Origin: Yuukianura sp. NJ FZ-2021
Taxonomy: Eukaryota
Reading direction: 5' to 3'
NCBI GenBank assembly: GCA_046563655.1
Contig: CM102290.1
Coordinates: 13,950,001 to 14,014,000, forward strand
DNA length: 64,000 nt
Shown here: one piece after another, positions 38,730-52,349 of the stretch
Numbering within the stretch: the stretch's first letter is position 1
How the letters are laid out: each line of letters starts with the position of its first letter
Program-made: the position numbers and the translations under genes
Notes under the pieces: model-generated
Database searches by the model: none
What the model was told of the DNA's origin: nothing
What the model saw: only the letters and a program-made list of their open reading frames with translations

Positions 38730-39605
38730 AAGGTCACGTCAAGGTGACCAACAAAATTCGACGATTGAGTTCTACATTCTCTGCCTTTAGCCTTACATTA
38801 GACTTTGTTATACTATAATGTTATGATTGTTATTTTGTGTATTCTAAGCTATATTTTCATATGCTGCCTCAGGTTAAAACGTTTTTATTAACTTTTCCGC
38901 CCTCAGCTCAAGTAAATCATGCAAAGGTTGCCAAACGTTTAATCGTCGCAGCAAAGTATTGGCAGCATTCGGCTTGCTTCTTTCTTTAGAGTAACAATGG
39001 TGCAGTACCTGCAGTACGTCAACCGTAACCATAATCTCTACGTAGAGATCTACGTTCTAGTTATTCGTTATTATGAAATAATAAAACTTAAAACATATTA
39101 GTAAATGGAATATTGTTGTTCATTGACCTTATCTTTGACCTTTTGACCGGAAACATTTTGGTAGTCTACTTAAAATCAGCAACAGGTTGGATACGCAGCA
39201 AATGCTGCGGCGCTAGGCATGCAGTCCCAAATTAGTTTATTTTCTTTGATTTCAAGACGTGTTCACCCGCGAAAGCTAAGTTTGTACTGTTAAAAATAGG
39301 GTTACTGTAAAATTTATTTTCTTAGTTTCAATTAGTAATCGAATATCAAGTTATCCAATTAGTTGTGCATCCAGACGGAGCTATTCCAACTCTTCTTTAG
39401 TTCTTACCCGGTGATCGGGAACTGGGGTGGTCAGCTGCCTTTTTAACATTACAACTGTCACTATCGTCATCATTATCAATCAGCTGGTAAGTTAGGCAAT
39501 CACAGAATCACTAATGTACATATTAATGTACGATTTGTATGATTTCTATTGCAAATTAATGAGTAACTAATTGACTAATTTACTAGGCAGTGGTTAAGAT
39601 TCATC

Positions 39606-41875
39606 ATGATGAAGTTTGAAGAAGGAAAGAAGGTTGTTGAGGAAGTACCGGCACCGGGAAAACTGGATTTCATCAACAAGGAATTCACCCAAAACAAAAT
39701 CACTTCCAAATTACTGTCTGACCTTCTGTTGACAGAAGAGAGACGCAAGGCTCAACTGGAAGCAAGGGTACCATAATCGATAACATTTTAATAGTTTGGT
39801 TTTAACATTTCATCAAGTGCTTAGTCTAACTTGCTTCGTTGGTCCATTAATTTGTACAGATGACGGAGATAAATCAAGTAACGAAAGGTAGAATACGAGA
39901 GGAGGTGAAGGAGTTAGCTCAGTCGGTTAGTTCTCTTCGAAGTCGCGCAGCAGTTCTACGTAACCTATTGGCTAAGGCTGCTCGAGAAAACCTTCCAGAC
40001 AGAGTGGAAGATGCTGAACTGTATGTCAAATTGGACGAAATCGATTATCTAGAGAAATCCAGAGACTACGTTCTAGTGATTCACTTTGTGATGCTTACAT
40101 CGACAAAACTAAATTCACATTTACGAGATCGTGAGTACTAGCTAAGAAGTAATCGAAAACTTCCTTTTTTTTGGACATAATTCATCAAAAACGATTGTTT
40201 TTCCAGGAAACTACAGTGAAGCTATTGCAATGTTCAATCAACTTCGTTCTCTCCGTGACCTGGTGCTGCTAACCTCTGCTGCTTCCAATGCGACCAAATA
40301 TTGCTCCGGAGTATTGGTAACTTGGGAGTCCGAGTTATACGAAACTGTAGCAAGGTATTTGGAGAAGTTAAAACTACAATGATTTCTTAATGTCGATTAA
40401 CTTAAATCTTTGATTGGCAGTGAATTATCAAGTTCGTTCGATAAGGTCGGATGGCCTTCTCGTATTGACACAGCAAATCCTTCTGAAGATACACTAAAAA
40501 GGTTTCAGAGCACGGTGCGCTGTTTTGCTAAACTTACGACCGGGACAATTCCAAAACCGGAAGCGGAGTATGCTACTAAACCTGTGATTTTAGCCGATTT
40601 CAGAGAGTTGTCGCCATTGGTTGACGTAAGTTTTTACAAAAAGCAATTTTTTTTTAAAGTTAAAAAAAGTTTTCCATTGTTTTATTTTGTAGCTTCTTTT
40701 GAAACCAATTCGGAAACGCTTTCGGTATCATTTTTACAGTTCCAAGGCTACAGCTGACGATACCAAGCCAGAGTGGTACTTTGCTCAAGTAATTCTTTCA
40801 TAAACTCTGAACTAATTAGTAATTACTTAGTAATTACTTTAAGTAATTCAAAGCTTTTTTGTGTTAGGTGAACCAATGGATCCGTGACTTGCTCCCATTC
40901 CTTTCGACTTACGTTGAACCAATCCAAATGGACGTTTCTGGAACGTCGGCAATAATAGAATTCCTGCAAGGCCTTGCACAGCTCCTGATTCTCAAGACTG
41001 ACACTCTTCTACGTTCTACTGCACAAATTGACGATGTCATTTTTTCCAAACTTCTGGAAGAGTCCAGACGATTTGAGTCCGACATGAAACTGATTCTGGA
41101 AGATTACAAGTTGGACAAAAAAGAAGAGTTACCTGGATTCGTCAGTACCATCTTCTCACAACCCCAAGTTTTAGACCGATGGTTAGCAATTGAAAAGCGA
41201 GGTAAATTAACTTAACACTGATTAATTAGTTTCTTCAGTAATTGACTTAATCATATCTTATTCCAGGCTCTCTGGAGAAACTGGACATTCTTTTTTCGTC
41301 AACATCCGCCTGGAACCGGGTCGTTGTTCCCGGGCCGACCGAGATTGCTGAACTTTTTGTCATGATGCTACGTTTTATCATCGATCGATTTTCCTCCCTG
41401 CGTCAACCTGGCCAAAAAATCCAATTTGTACAACTCGTTATTGAAATTCTGGAAGATTTCCGTGTAAGGTGTCTTCAAGTTTGGAAAAGTGGATCCGACA
41501 ATACAAAGGTGCTGGACAACATGGAGTTTCTTGTAGCTGAAACCCTGGGCTACATCCATGGAATCCTGCAGGAGTGGGAGGAAACTACCGTAAAAATTTA
41601 CATTTTATTCATTTTCCATTTATGTACTCGTGTCTTGAAAATTTCAAAATTTTACTTTTTAGTTTTTTGCAACCTTGGATTTTTTCTGGAACTCTATTCG
41701 ATTAGTTGAAAAAGAAGATTTGGAACAACGTTCTGGTCGAAGGCTGTCTGACTGCACTTCAAAAAGTGACGAAGACAGAGAAGAGTCACCTAAACGGGGA
41801 GTCGTTTTTCAAGAAGTTCGTGAAGCATATGCTAGTTCAATGGAAATGATTCTCATATCCATTTCCCAGAGATAA
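39606..41875 (+). CDS. RINT1: RAD50-interacting protein 1 (RINT1/Tip20)-like, apparently C-terminally short
   Basis: LLKPIRKRFRYHFYSSKATADDTKPEWYFAQV; LDRWLAIEK; DRFSSLRQPGQKIQFVQLVIEILEDFRVR. Confidence 0.85.
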
Positions 41876-42399
41876 TTAACTAAGATAACTAAATTATCCT
41901 CATTTCCAGAGATAACTTACGGTACTACCTCTGATTCCGATATCTCGATAATAAACATAATCCTTCGACGTAGAAACTTTCGTGAAGAAGTTAACCCGTT
42001 GTTTAATATATTTACAAAAAATGACATAAGTGGCCAACTCCGGATTATAACAAAGATATATTCACAAAACTCCTTAGCTTAACAACGATCGTAAATCGTA
42101 CCAATTACAATTACGTTTCCAGAAATGTGCAAAGCATCGATCATCAATGAAGCCTCCCTTTACACAACACTTGGAATGGATAAAAATAATTTAAGTTTAA
42201 AGTTGTTTATCGTATATTTCTATACCCAAATTACAATTAGTCAACAATTTTTAATTTAAGTTTTAAATAACGTTTACCCTTATACCCTTATCATACATCG
42301 TTTCAAGAAACGGTCACAAATCACTTTTAAGTCTAATTCAAAATAATTTAAGCATTGTACTTGTTAAATTACGCTAAAAGTGTATAAGTTAGCATACTT

Positions 42400-42672
42400 A
42401 AGATGTGTAAACATTGTTTACATGTGTGAACTGTTAAAATTGTTGGCATGTGTGAAGTACATTGTTGCAAACAATGTTCACATGCATAGTTACATGTGTG
42501 AGATGAGAACATTGTTTGAAAGCGTGCAGCGTTAACCATTTTTGCCTGATTAAGTACATGTGTGAAATTCCGTGATTCGTGTCAACGTCGTCTACATGTG
42601 TGGAAGTCTTTGAATGACGTGTCACATGTGTAAACAGCGTTCACATGTGTGAAATTCCTTACATGTGTAAAG
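42400..42672. repeat. Cluster of dispersed CATGTGT(G/A)A motifs
   Basis: About eight CATGTGT copies at irregular spacing in 270 bp. Confidence 0.7.
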
Positions 42673-42761
42673 ATTGTTTACCCTGCTTTGTTAACAGTGT
42701 GGTGAATAACTCCTGATCCAATTAGATAAGGGACTTGCGACGCGCAGGAACAACCGGGAAG

Positions 42762-45525
42762 TCATTGTACATTGCTGAGTTCCGGTTCACCCAGGAGTGC
42801 TTGTCGCTCTTTAATGCTCTCAGGACACAACCATTGCTTTCGACGATCAGTGCAAAGTTCTTTCGGGAAAAATGTTAACCTTTGACCTTTAGAAGGCGAA
42901 AATTCATTCTCCCTGTTATTTTGACTCAGTTCTGTCCGGAGACGGTTTCCCATGGCCTTAAAGCTGGTCATCTGTTCAGGAGTGGGTTCCTCCATGACAT
43001 CTTCCAGCATCGAAATACTTGTCACCTCCACCTCCGCCACAATCGAAATGGAAACGTCAGCCTCTTCTTTCTCTTCCACGATAGAGCGGGCTGGACTTGC
43101 CACCACCTCGGCTTGAGTTTCAACATCTTGTGCTTGCTGCGGAACTTGTTCCACTTCCACTTCAGATTCAACCACCATATTAAAAATGTCTGACAGAGTA
43201 GGTGACACAGAAGTAGCAGCAGCAGGGGTATCCAAAGCTGTGTCGATCTTCACATCCTGAATGCTATTCTTTACTTCTTCAGCTTCCATTGACTCACACT
43301 GGAGGTCAAACGACGTTACAGTGCAAGACAGTGATTTTGACCTATCAAGTCTCGACTGTTTTGCTTTTGAAGATCTATGAACTCCAGTACTCCACAACGA
43401 CCTTCTCTTCCGACTCTTCCCGAATCCAGTAGTCCTTCTAGTTCGTGGTCGTGTAGAAGTTGTAACATTTTCTTGATACTCCATCCGCATCATGTCCGAT
43501 AAGACTTCTTCCGCTTCCAGTTCAATTATCGTGGGACTTGCACTTCGACGACGTCCAGCTGACGATGATGAGGGACTCTGAGAAATCTTAGTGCTACTGT
43601 GATCAATTGGATAAGAACTTGAGCTTGTGGAAGTGGATGGCACAGCAGAAGGAAAGAAAGACTCCTGATCAGCTGGTTTCCATCCTATCAACTCCGGAAT
43701 CCATTTGACCAGGTTCACTCTGAGCTCTAAATCCCGCCAATCCGGTAGGGTGGTGCGTTTCATCTTGCGGAGTCGACTTCTGGGATATGGAAAGTACGAG
43801 AAGCAGCGACTACTGACGTAGCAACTGGCGAGAGTGAAGTTGTCATCACTGGAGTCTTCGTTGGTCGAAGAAGAGAAGGGATTCTTATTGGCAGTTGAAG
43901 GTTTCTTTTGTTTCTTTTTGCTCTTTCGATTATTGGCAGTGGAAGGGAGACTAGATCGACTCGTACTGGGCTTTGCCGATGGCGGAGGAATCGGTTTCGG
44001 TTTAAGTTTTGCTAACTCAGCCGCTGCAAAATCAAACATAGTTGAATGTTGCTTGGTAAAGACTAAAGACTGAAGCTTATTAGTAATTGACATTTGAAAT
44101 TTACCTTTCTTCTCTACTGCTTCACATGAAGGACATGCCCATTTTCCCGAGTCGGCTACTGCATCGGATAACTTGCCACAACGTTTGTGAACTCCTGCTG
44201 CACCACACAATCTGCATCTTGCTATGGACCAGGGCCTGAAATTCATGATCCTTACTATTTAGCCAAAATAGGGACACTACTAATCAAGATTAATCAAGAT
44301 AATCAAAGTTAGCAATTGATAATTACTAATTGAGTTCGTACCCCTTAGGATCAACGTGATCTCGTCCATTAGAACAGGAACACTTTTCGGCATCACAATG
44401 TGAGTACTGAACGTATAAATCTTGGAATCTGTTATCCAGCTCCCAGGAGGCATCTCTAGACGATGAGAGAGAGGTATTACATATCTTGATTGCAAGTATC
44501 GATCACCTGTTCACTTACTGGTCCGGAACAAAGATGCCCATCGATCTCATTTCATGAATGAACTGCTTAGTCTTGTTGCATGTAGGACATTTGAAGAGAT
44601 ATCCAGCGCTTAGTGCCATTTTCTGAAAAGCAAGACAACATAAACCTCAATCCTGGTCAAAATGATAAGTTACAGAAATAAAACTAAAGTTAAGTTGAGT
44701 TACCTGAATACACTCTTTGTGAAACAAGGAGGCTTTGCAACAAGTTCCCTTGACGAGCCTCTGACTGTGAACATCCATTGAACCCATACATATTGGACAA
44801 GTTTCAACAGAGCCATTCAAAGTAAATGGTTTCTCCTTTGCATGGATCTGGCAAAACGACCTACAAATGTAAACATGAAAAAATTCAGTAAAGGAAGGTT
44901 CAACAAGTGGTAAAGTAACGCTTGATCCTTACTCGAACGTTGAATGAAACTTATTTTTGGCTCCATGTTCCAGACCACAAGGAAAGTGAAAGAGTGTCTT
45001 GCATCGCTTGTTGCAACAACCAATACTTGCACCAAGCTCTCCACAAAACGTACATTTCTATAGTAAACAAAATCTGTGAATTAGTTATCTCCTTACATTT
45101 ACATCTTTACTTTATCGTCTTTTTATCGAATGTCGATCTTTGCTCTTACCAAACGAGCACTCCTTTTTACTTCCTTCAAGATGTCAACCGATAAAAATCC
45201 AAGAATTCCTTCATCATCTGCTCCATTTTGCTTCAGTGCGGCCGAGAACAACTGAAAATGACAAAAACACAACTTAAAATTGTCCATCTACCGTACCTCC
45301 ATCGTTTCGTTTAGCATTGTACCAACTTACCATACAAAAGTAATGAGTAAAAACCCCATCGGTTCCGTACATCCTGCCCCAATTGATTTCGTCCAATTTA
45401 TGAGATTTGCAGAAAACGCAGACGATGGACTTATCTTCCTTGGACGAGATGATACATTTGGAGGGCTCTGATGAAGCAACTACTTGTTCATCAACGTGTG
45501 CCTGTCCCCGTCCAGTTGGAGCCAT
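42762..45525 (-). CDS. PHF7/G2E3 (pineapple eye)-like ePHD-RING-PHD protein, no HECT domain seen
   Basis: CVFC...HYFCM|LFSAAL...GILGFL; CTFCGELGASIGCC...FHFPC; KMALSAGYLFKCPTCN; DASWE; CRLCGAAGVHKRC...WACPSC. Confidence 0.88.
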
Positions 45526-47004
45526 CTTGAATTAAGTTCCACCAGTGACAAACCGGAACAAAACTGGTGTACCGGTAGAACTAAAACATTCGTTTCATCC
45601 GATTCACACGACGAACGTCTCGCCAACTGAAAGGTAATCAGTCAATTATTGGTAGATGGTTAGTCCATGAATTACTTAATTTGCTGTCGATTGTCCACTC
45701 ACCCACCGATTGATGTCTGTCTACCTTTGACCTTGTTCTGAGAGAGTTGAAAGGAAGATGAAAGAGCGGTATATTTTCTTGTGTTACATATTTGAGAAAG
45801 ACGGGAGAAAGAGGCCACATAAACACAATGCATAAAAAACAGGCGGGAGTCTTCCCACCTTCATCTGTTTCTGCATATACAGTAACGCCCTCGGTAGAGG
45901 TCGCTACACTTTACCATTTTTGAGAATTTGTTAGCCTTAATTTTGACTTTTCCAAAATTCCTCCTGTAGAAAGTTAGAAGGTGTGATGGAGTTTTGAAAA
46001 AACAATATTTTGGAAAATTTCAATTTTTCATAAGGAAAATACATTTTTGGGAATTTGTTAGCCCAATCCTAACTTTTTCCAAAATTCCTCCTGTAGAAAG
46101 TTTTTTTTCCTTTCAACCGTTATTGACGTTTCCAATTTATTTCCAATCGTTTCCGGCAAAAAAAAATTGTTGGTGGGAACTTCCCACTGTGAAGCGTCCT
46201 CGCTGTGCATGTTTTTGGACATTGAATTTAGGAAATGAAGGTCAAGGAGGGTCAGAGGTCAAGTTCTTCTTTGTCATTTATTACCCTTTGCAGGCAGTTT
46301 ATTTCTATATTATTTCATATTTCCAGTTTATGAATTTCTGTTCATATTTTACAACCTTAATCATGCTTAAGGCCTCTACTACAATGAGTTCGGTAAGTTC
46401 GGTAAGCAATTTCTACGACGCTGGAGTATTGTAAAGTACGCCTATTTTTGTTAAGTTTAACATATTTATAAACCAAAGTTAAAAGTATTTCGGCCCATAA
46501 ATGTTTCTACACAAGGGAGTTCCGCCCATTAACATTAACCAGAATTCATTGAATTACGAAATTTGAAATTGGTTTGAAACAGAAAAGTCAAATTTTTACA
46601 CAACTATTACCCAGTTGTAAAAACCACAGCCAAGGACTCATTCAATTTTTTTTTGAAAAAAAAAATCATTTGAACAAGCCCCGACTTAACTTTCGTCCAC
46701 TTTGGCTAGTAGGATGATGCCCTTGACATTTCGACTAAATATTTGTTTGATAACTATGCGATGCGTAACCTAATCTTCGTCCCACAGTTTGAAGAAGTCA
46801 ACAACAGTTTAAACACCAGTTTTAACTATACTTTTAACCTTACTTTTAACAATAAGCTTTGTGCCACGTCAAAGTTCCCTGTAGGGAAACATAAACATAA
46901 GATAATAACATACGTTAAAATTATGAGCTAATTGCATAAGTTAAAATTTCAATTTAGTTCAATTTTGTTTAAAACAGTTTACAGGAGCTCCTTGGTTAAG
47001 GAAT

Positions 47005-50000
47005 TCAGTCGCCGCTGTGCTGTTGTACAGAAGCATCTTGTGCTATACAGTCTGTGCTGGTTACAACAACAGCCGATTCCGGTTGTGAAGTAGACACGAC
47101 TTGTGGGATTTCAGCACTTGTCGGTGGATTTGCAACTCCTTCAGCCCGTTTCTGTTCCTCGCTCATGTTTTGATACAGAACGGAGACTGCGTCCTTCACA
47201 GCATGGTAAATGATGTTCTTGATTTGAAGTTTATCTTCGTGATTGCTATGGGTTTCAGTCAGTTCACGAAACTCCTCAGTTAGCTTGAAACAATGACTAA
47301 CGTTTTCCGGTGAAACAAAATCCTCTGCAATTTTGATACAGTTATGCAGGTTTCTCACCTTAAACGAAAAGTAAACGTTGAATCTTACATTTGAAATCCA
47401 AGATTTCCGAATCTGGCGTATCGTTAATCAAAACTTAAGCTAATTAGATTGACTAACCTGATGCGGTGCTCCAGCGGGAATGAAAATGGCATCTCCGGCA
47501 AACTGGACCATTGGAAATCCCACAGCATCGTACTCATTGACAAGACGAGCACGTAACGTTTGGTCTAAATACCAATTTTGATCGTGAATTGGATCATGAT
47601 CAGCTTCTAACTTCGTTCCTCTCTCAACGGCTACCTACAAAACACATAAAAAAACAATCTGATTAACCTAACTTACTAAAAATGTTAACTTAATTAATGT
47701 AATTGAAGTGTACGTACCTTATTTAGCAAGTCTCTTATCTTATCGGCGTCGTTGAAGTTGTATATATGCCAAAGAGCCCCAGGAAGTTCACCGTCTCTGA
47801 CACGATCAATCGTCGCTCCATCCACATCTGATTCCTCAATTGCAGCCAATACCACTGAAACAAAAAAAAATACGATTCAGCTACGTTTTCAAAAAAATAT
47901 GTCCTTTTGTGTAGAATTTTGAAGTGAGTTACTCTTCTTGTCTTCTTCATTGTCAACATCCTTCGGAACACCCACATGAACCATTAGATTGACAGCATCG
48001 GAAGTATCGAGATGCAGATTCGTCGTTCCCTTGTCCAGATGCTGACCAGATCCATAGGCAATGTACATCTTCGGTCCTAAATCTGGTCGTACGAAACTCG
48101 GCGGAAGACGGGAAGCAAGATTAAGTTTTCCATTTCTCTCTGTGTAGTCTTTCAGGGGCAAACAGCTCATGAGATCCAGAAATCTGGATGGAAGACTCTC
48201 AGCAAAATCTTCTCCTGGTGGCCAATCTTTCAATTTGAGTAGCATCGGATTCCCTTTTTCATCTTTGAGTCTCTTCTCAACATACTCGAATCCTTCCCAG
48301 AACCGCTTCATTGGTTGTTTGCACAGGACACGCCCTGTCATGCAGTTGACCAAATCGTTTTTGAGCTCACTGAAGTCTTTGAGGAAGGCCTCTGGTGTCC
48401 ATAACTTTGGATTGAGCTTATCTGCTACGTTGGACACAATCACAGGCTGTCCACGGATCCAAACGTCACGAAATAGGCCTTGGTTGTCTTCTGCGTCTGG
48501 GTCATGGAGACGCAGGAGTCGGCCGTAGGCTAACCAACTATGTTTCACTTGTGGATACTTCTGCTCGGTAATCTTAAGTGTGTAGGCATTGACCGATGGA
48601 GGCTGTTTCCTGGCCCGAATGGCTCCGGTGGTCCGTCTGACGTAGTGTTTGAGTTCCATGCTGCGTCCACTTTCTTGCTTGTCATCTGATGCTGTTGTCA
48701 CGGCGATGGTTTGTGTGTCCTGCTTTTTAGTGGGAGTACTGGTGGTAATGAGTTCTGCCAAATCGGCCCAACCCTCGTCATCGTCATCCGAATCTTCGTT
48801 CTTTTCGGCCTGTTCTGAATTGGTGGTGCTAGACATATTCTGTCAAGAAATGAGAATACGAGAATAGGATAAGACTTTTACAACTGCATAGCTTGGATAT
48901 TCGATAATTTTATCTCATATCTAAGATTTGTAAGGTTATCGTGGATAACTTATGGACACTTACACCGAGATACTGTTCATTGAGACGTTTGGCAAGGTCA
49001 CACCCACATTCCTGAGGAATCTTATAAACTGCTCGCATTCTGTGTAGATAATCTCCTAAAATAGTCAGAGCATCGCCAGCAATTGATTGAGTAAGCATAA
49101 GGTTGTCCATTTCGTGTGCTTGACGATTGGATGAACAAACGAGCCAATTAAATTCATCCCGGAGGTTCTGTGACGCTTTCTTCCCAGTAGTAGTCTGAAA
49201 ATAATGAAAAGTTAATTAATAACACAGTAATTAGTTAATTGAGCTGAATATTAATTAAGTTGTTGGAGAATCAAAACTAACCTTAACAATTCCTTGAGTT
49301 CTAGCTCTGTAGCAAGCAATACAAACACCAAAACCACATTTTCTACAAGCCCAATGGAAGTTGAACAAAGTAGTGTCACAGACATCACACATCTCACGAA
49401 CTCCCTGGACAACTCGTTTCCAAGCAACGAAACGATCTTCTTCGTCGTCATCTTCTTGCGGTTCTCTGAGCTTATTGGCATCCAACTCCTGATGGACCAA
49501 TTCACAAAATTGGTCTCCCAGTTGATCAATCAAGAATCTTGCCAACTCCAAATCCAGTGCCTTTGGAGCAATCTCTTTCGATGGAAGCCAAAGATCCAAG
49601 TCTGCCTAAAATTCAACAAAAATCAAAATTTATTGTTATTTTCATGATTTCAAAAAAAGTTCAAAGCAACTTACTTGGGTTGGATCATTGATAGGATTTG
49701 AAAAGCCAGCAAATGCAAGTGACCCAGTTTTTGTATATCGTAACTTCCGAAATCCAAAAAACCGACAAAAGATGTTCGACTGATTTTTCTGTATGCCCCC
49801 AAATGGAAGAGACCGACATTCGCGACACTTTCCCAACTTTGGCCCAAGGTCATTACAAGGTCGATCTTGCAAGAAAGGTTCCAGAGTTCTTTTGAGAACG
49901 TTAACTGGCGGTCGTTTGAATGGATTCGCAAGTTTGTATTGTTTAGGTCCACGAGATTCTCCAGGATTCCTATTGCGACGTTTAATAGTTGGTGCTCCTG

Positions 50001-50412
50001 GAGACGGAGAAGGGGAAGAGCCAGCAGATGATTGCTTGGATTCTGGATTATCTGAATCTACACCTTTCTCTTTATCGCTGTCTTCATCTGATAAGCCATA
50101 CTGCACATCTGATGTCCTCCGTGTCTTGTTTCTTGGTAAAGATTCTCTACAGCTTTCGTCCATTTTGACTTCCGGATTCGGTTCAACGTCCATGTCGACT
50201 TTGCGCTCTCCGTTGATTGTAGTTTCTGCAGTATCTTTTGTCTCCTTGTCACTTATCCCTTCATCAGATTCCCCATTTTGAGTACTATCTGATGTCGTCC
50301 GTCCAGTCGAGGATGGGGTTGATAGAAATCCTGACCCGGTTTCTGCCAGTATGTATTCCTGATGACTTCCTTTCTCCATGTCGTACTCTTCTAGATTGTC
50401 TACTTTCATCAT
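47005..50412 (-). CDS. KDM3: Lysine demethylase 3 (JMJD1/JHDM2)
   Basis: [29 protein letters not shown] zinc finger; Jmj[50 protein letters not shown] with H-x-D...H intact. Confidence 0.95.
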
Positions 50413-51786
50413 TGTGGTTTATGAATCCTAACGTTGAGCTTGAGTTGACCAACAAATCAGTATCAATTTAGTCCTAAAACGTTAAAAGGCAGTGATTAGT
50501 TTCTTCTTTCTTATAATCTCGGCTTATTACAAGTGTAACAAAATCTATACCTAGTTTCGGATCTCAGAACAGTAAGTTAATACCGCCCGGTACCGGTAGC
50601 AGTTAGCCGTTCAAAAGCGTTTGTATTTATCCAGCTTACTACTGTTTGCTTTGCAGTGCAGTGTTGCAGTCGTTGGTGTTTCTGTTTACTTGAGAGGAGA
50701 AATTGAGTGCGGTGATCTTGACTTGAATTTCTTCGCTGTACGAGTTGTGATATAACTGTGCTGGAACGTTTTCGGGGAGAACCCAGTTGGTTTGACGGGT
50801 AAATCTGAAAAGGCAAAGTTGATAACGTTGTTAATTCGTTTTTCGTTTAGATGGAAGAATAAATTTAAGCTGAGGCAAACTAGAGGATGGTTGAATACAG
50901 ACTGACTATACCCCATTCACTTCCCCTTCCTTTCATCATGAATTCAAACCAAAGAAAGTGATTTTTGGCTGTACTACACACAATAGATAGGGATATAAGA
51001 CAACCCCTGCGGGTGCTACGCTTTACCAATTTAACGCTAAAAACATCGGCGTTAAAGTCGTTACGTTAATTGAGATTTAACTAAACGTAGTCACGACGTG
51101 ATTTAGATGTAAACAAAGGAGTAGTATGGGCTTGGAGTGGAAATGTCATGCGCCGAAGATGCAAACAAACAAAAACTCTTCTGACTCTCTCACTCTCATC
51201 TCGTCTCAAAACCCTACTTTTTTTTATGTATTATGTAGTACATGATGAAAAAAAACTCCCGCCCGCTCAGTGACCTGCGTGACCCTGGTCAATCCAATTT
51301 GTGAGGCAACAAGTTAAAAAACACTTTTTTGTAGGGCGAGAGCTTGCAGGCCACTGCTAGCTATGGGTTTTTGATTCGACGGTTAAACAATATTTGGCTA
51401 AACAAGGTCAATTTCAAAACGTTTGTCGAGGTTCGTTAAACGTTTAGATCATTGTGCCAACAGGCCGCAGAGGTCAAACACAAAAGTTATGCTTTTTATG
51501 TACAAAAGCATGTGAGAGTTCAGCTTGGATGCGTACCCAATGAATTTGACCTTTGACCTGATGCATATGGGTAGTCAAAGGTTAAAGTTGGGGCAAAAGC
51601 GATTGTGAGTTTTGACATGCCGGGTACCGGAAACAGGCCTATTGTATTGTAATGCTTTTGGCGGGAATTCCAGCTCCAAAATACATGTTGTTATGTACAT
51701 GTAGATGACATAAGTTGTAAGTATGCGTTTTGTAACCGTAGCATATAACCGGCGGTTAATTAGTGAATTTTGTCATTAAGGTGACG

Positions 51787-51954
51787 AACTTCTAATTCTC
51801 AGGAATATCTAAAATTTTTACTTGGTGAAAAACTTCTAATTCTCGGGAATCTCTAAAATTTTGACTTGTTGAAAAACTTCTAATTCTCAGAAATCTCTAA
51901 AATTTTTAGTACTTGGTGAAAAACTAAACTTCTAATTCTCAGGAATATCTAAAA
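51787..51954. repeat. Minisatellite, ~45-bp unit x4, in the KDM3/PHAX divergent spacer
   Basis: AACTTCTAATTCTCAGGAATATCTAAAATTTT...ACTTGGTGAAA repeated. Confidence 0.85.
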
Positions 51955-52349
51955 AGTTACAACTCGGTGGTTTTACAATCTAGACATTTTGGGTGTAATT
52001 CGTCCAGAAAGGAAAAATTCCTATTGTAAGTTATTCTATTTACCTTGTTGTAATTCCTATTTTTGTTTCTTTCTTGTCTATCGTCGTTTGTTATTGTTGT
52101 ATCCCGCTTGTCTCTCATTTAATTGTAAGTTTTAGTGAAACATTTAGTTGAAACTTTGATTAATCTACTAATTGCTTCATCGTTATAGGTATTTGACACT
52201 GAGCTGTCAGCTGTAATCGGAGAGCCGAAGCGTCAAAATCTCTGATCGGTAATCGCTGCTGTGCGGTACCTCGTGGAACTCTACCTCATCAATCGCATCA
52301 CATCCTACTACATTCTGTGGTTTAATCTCTACGTCTAACTGCTTACAAC

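Noticed and set aside
45878..46434. 146-aa ORF and a TA-CAGT start with a ~50-bp duplication
   Set aside because: Low-complexity ORF with no partner TIR found; at most a decayed repeat.
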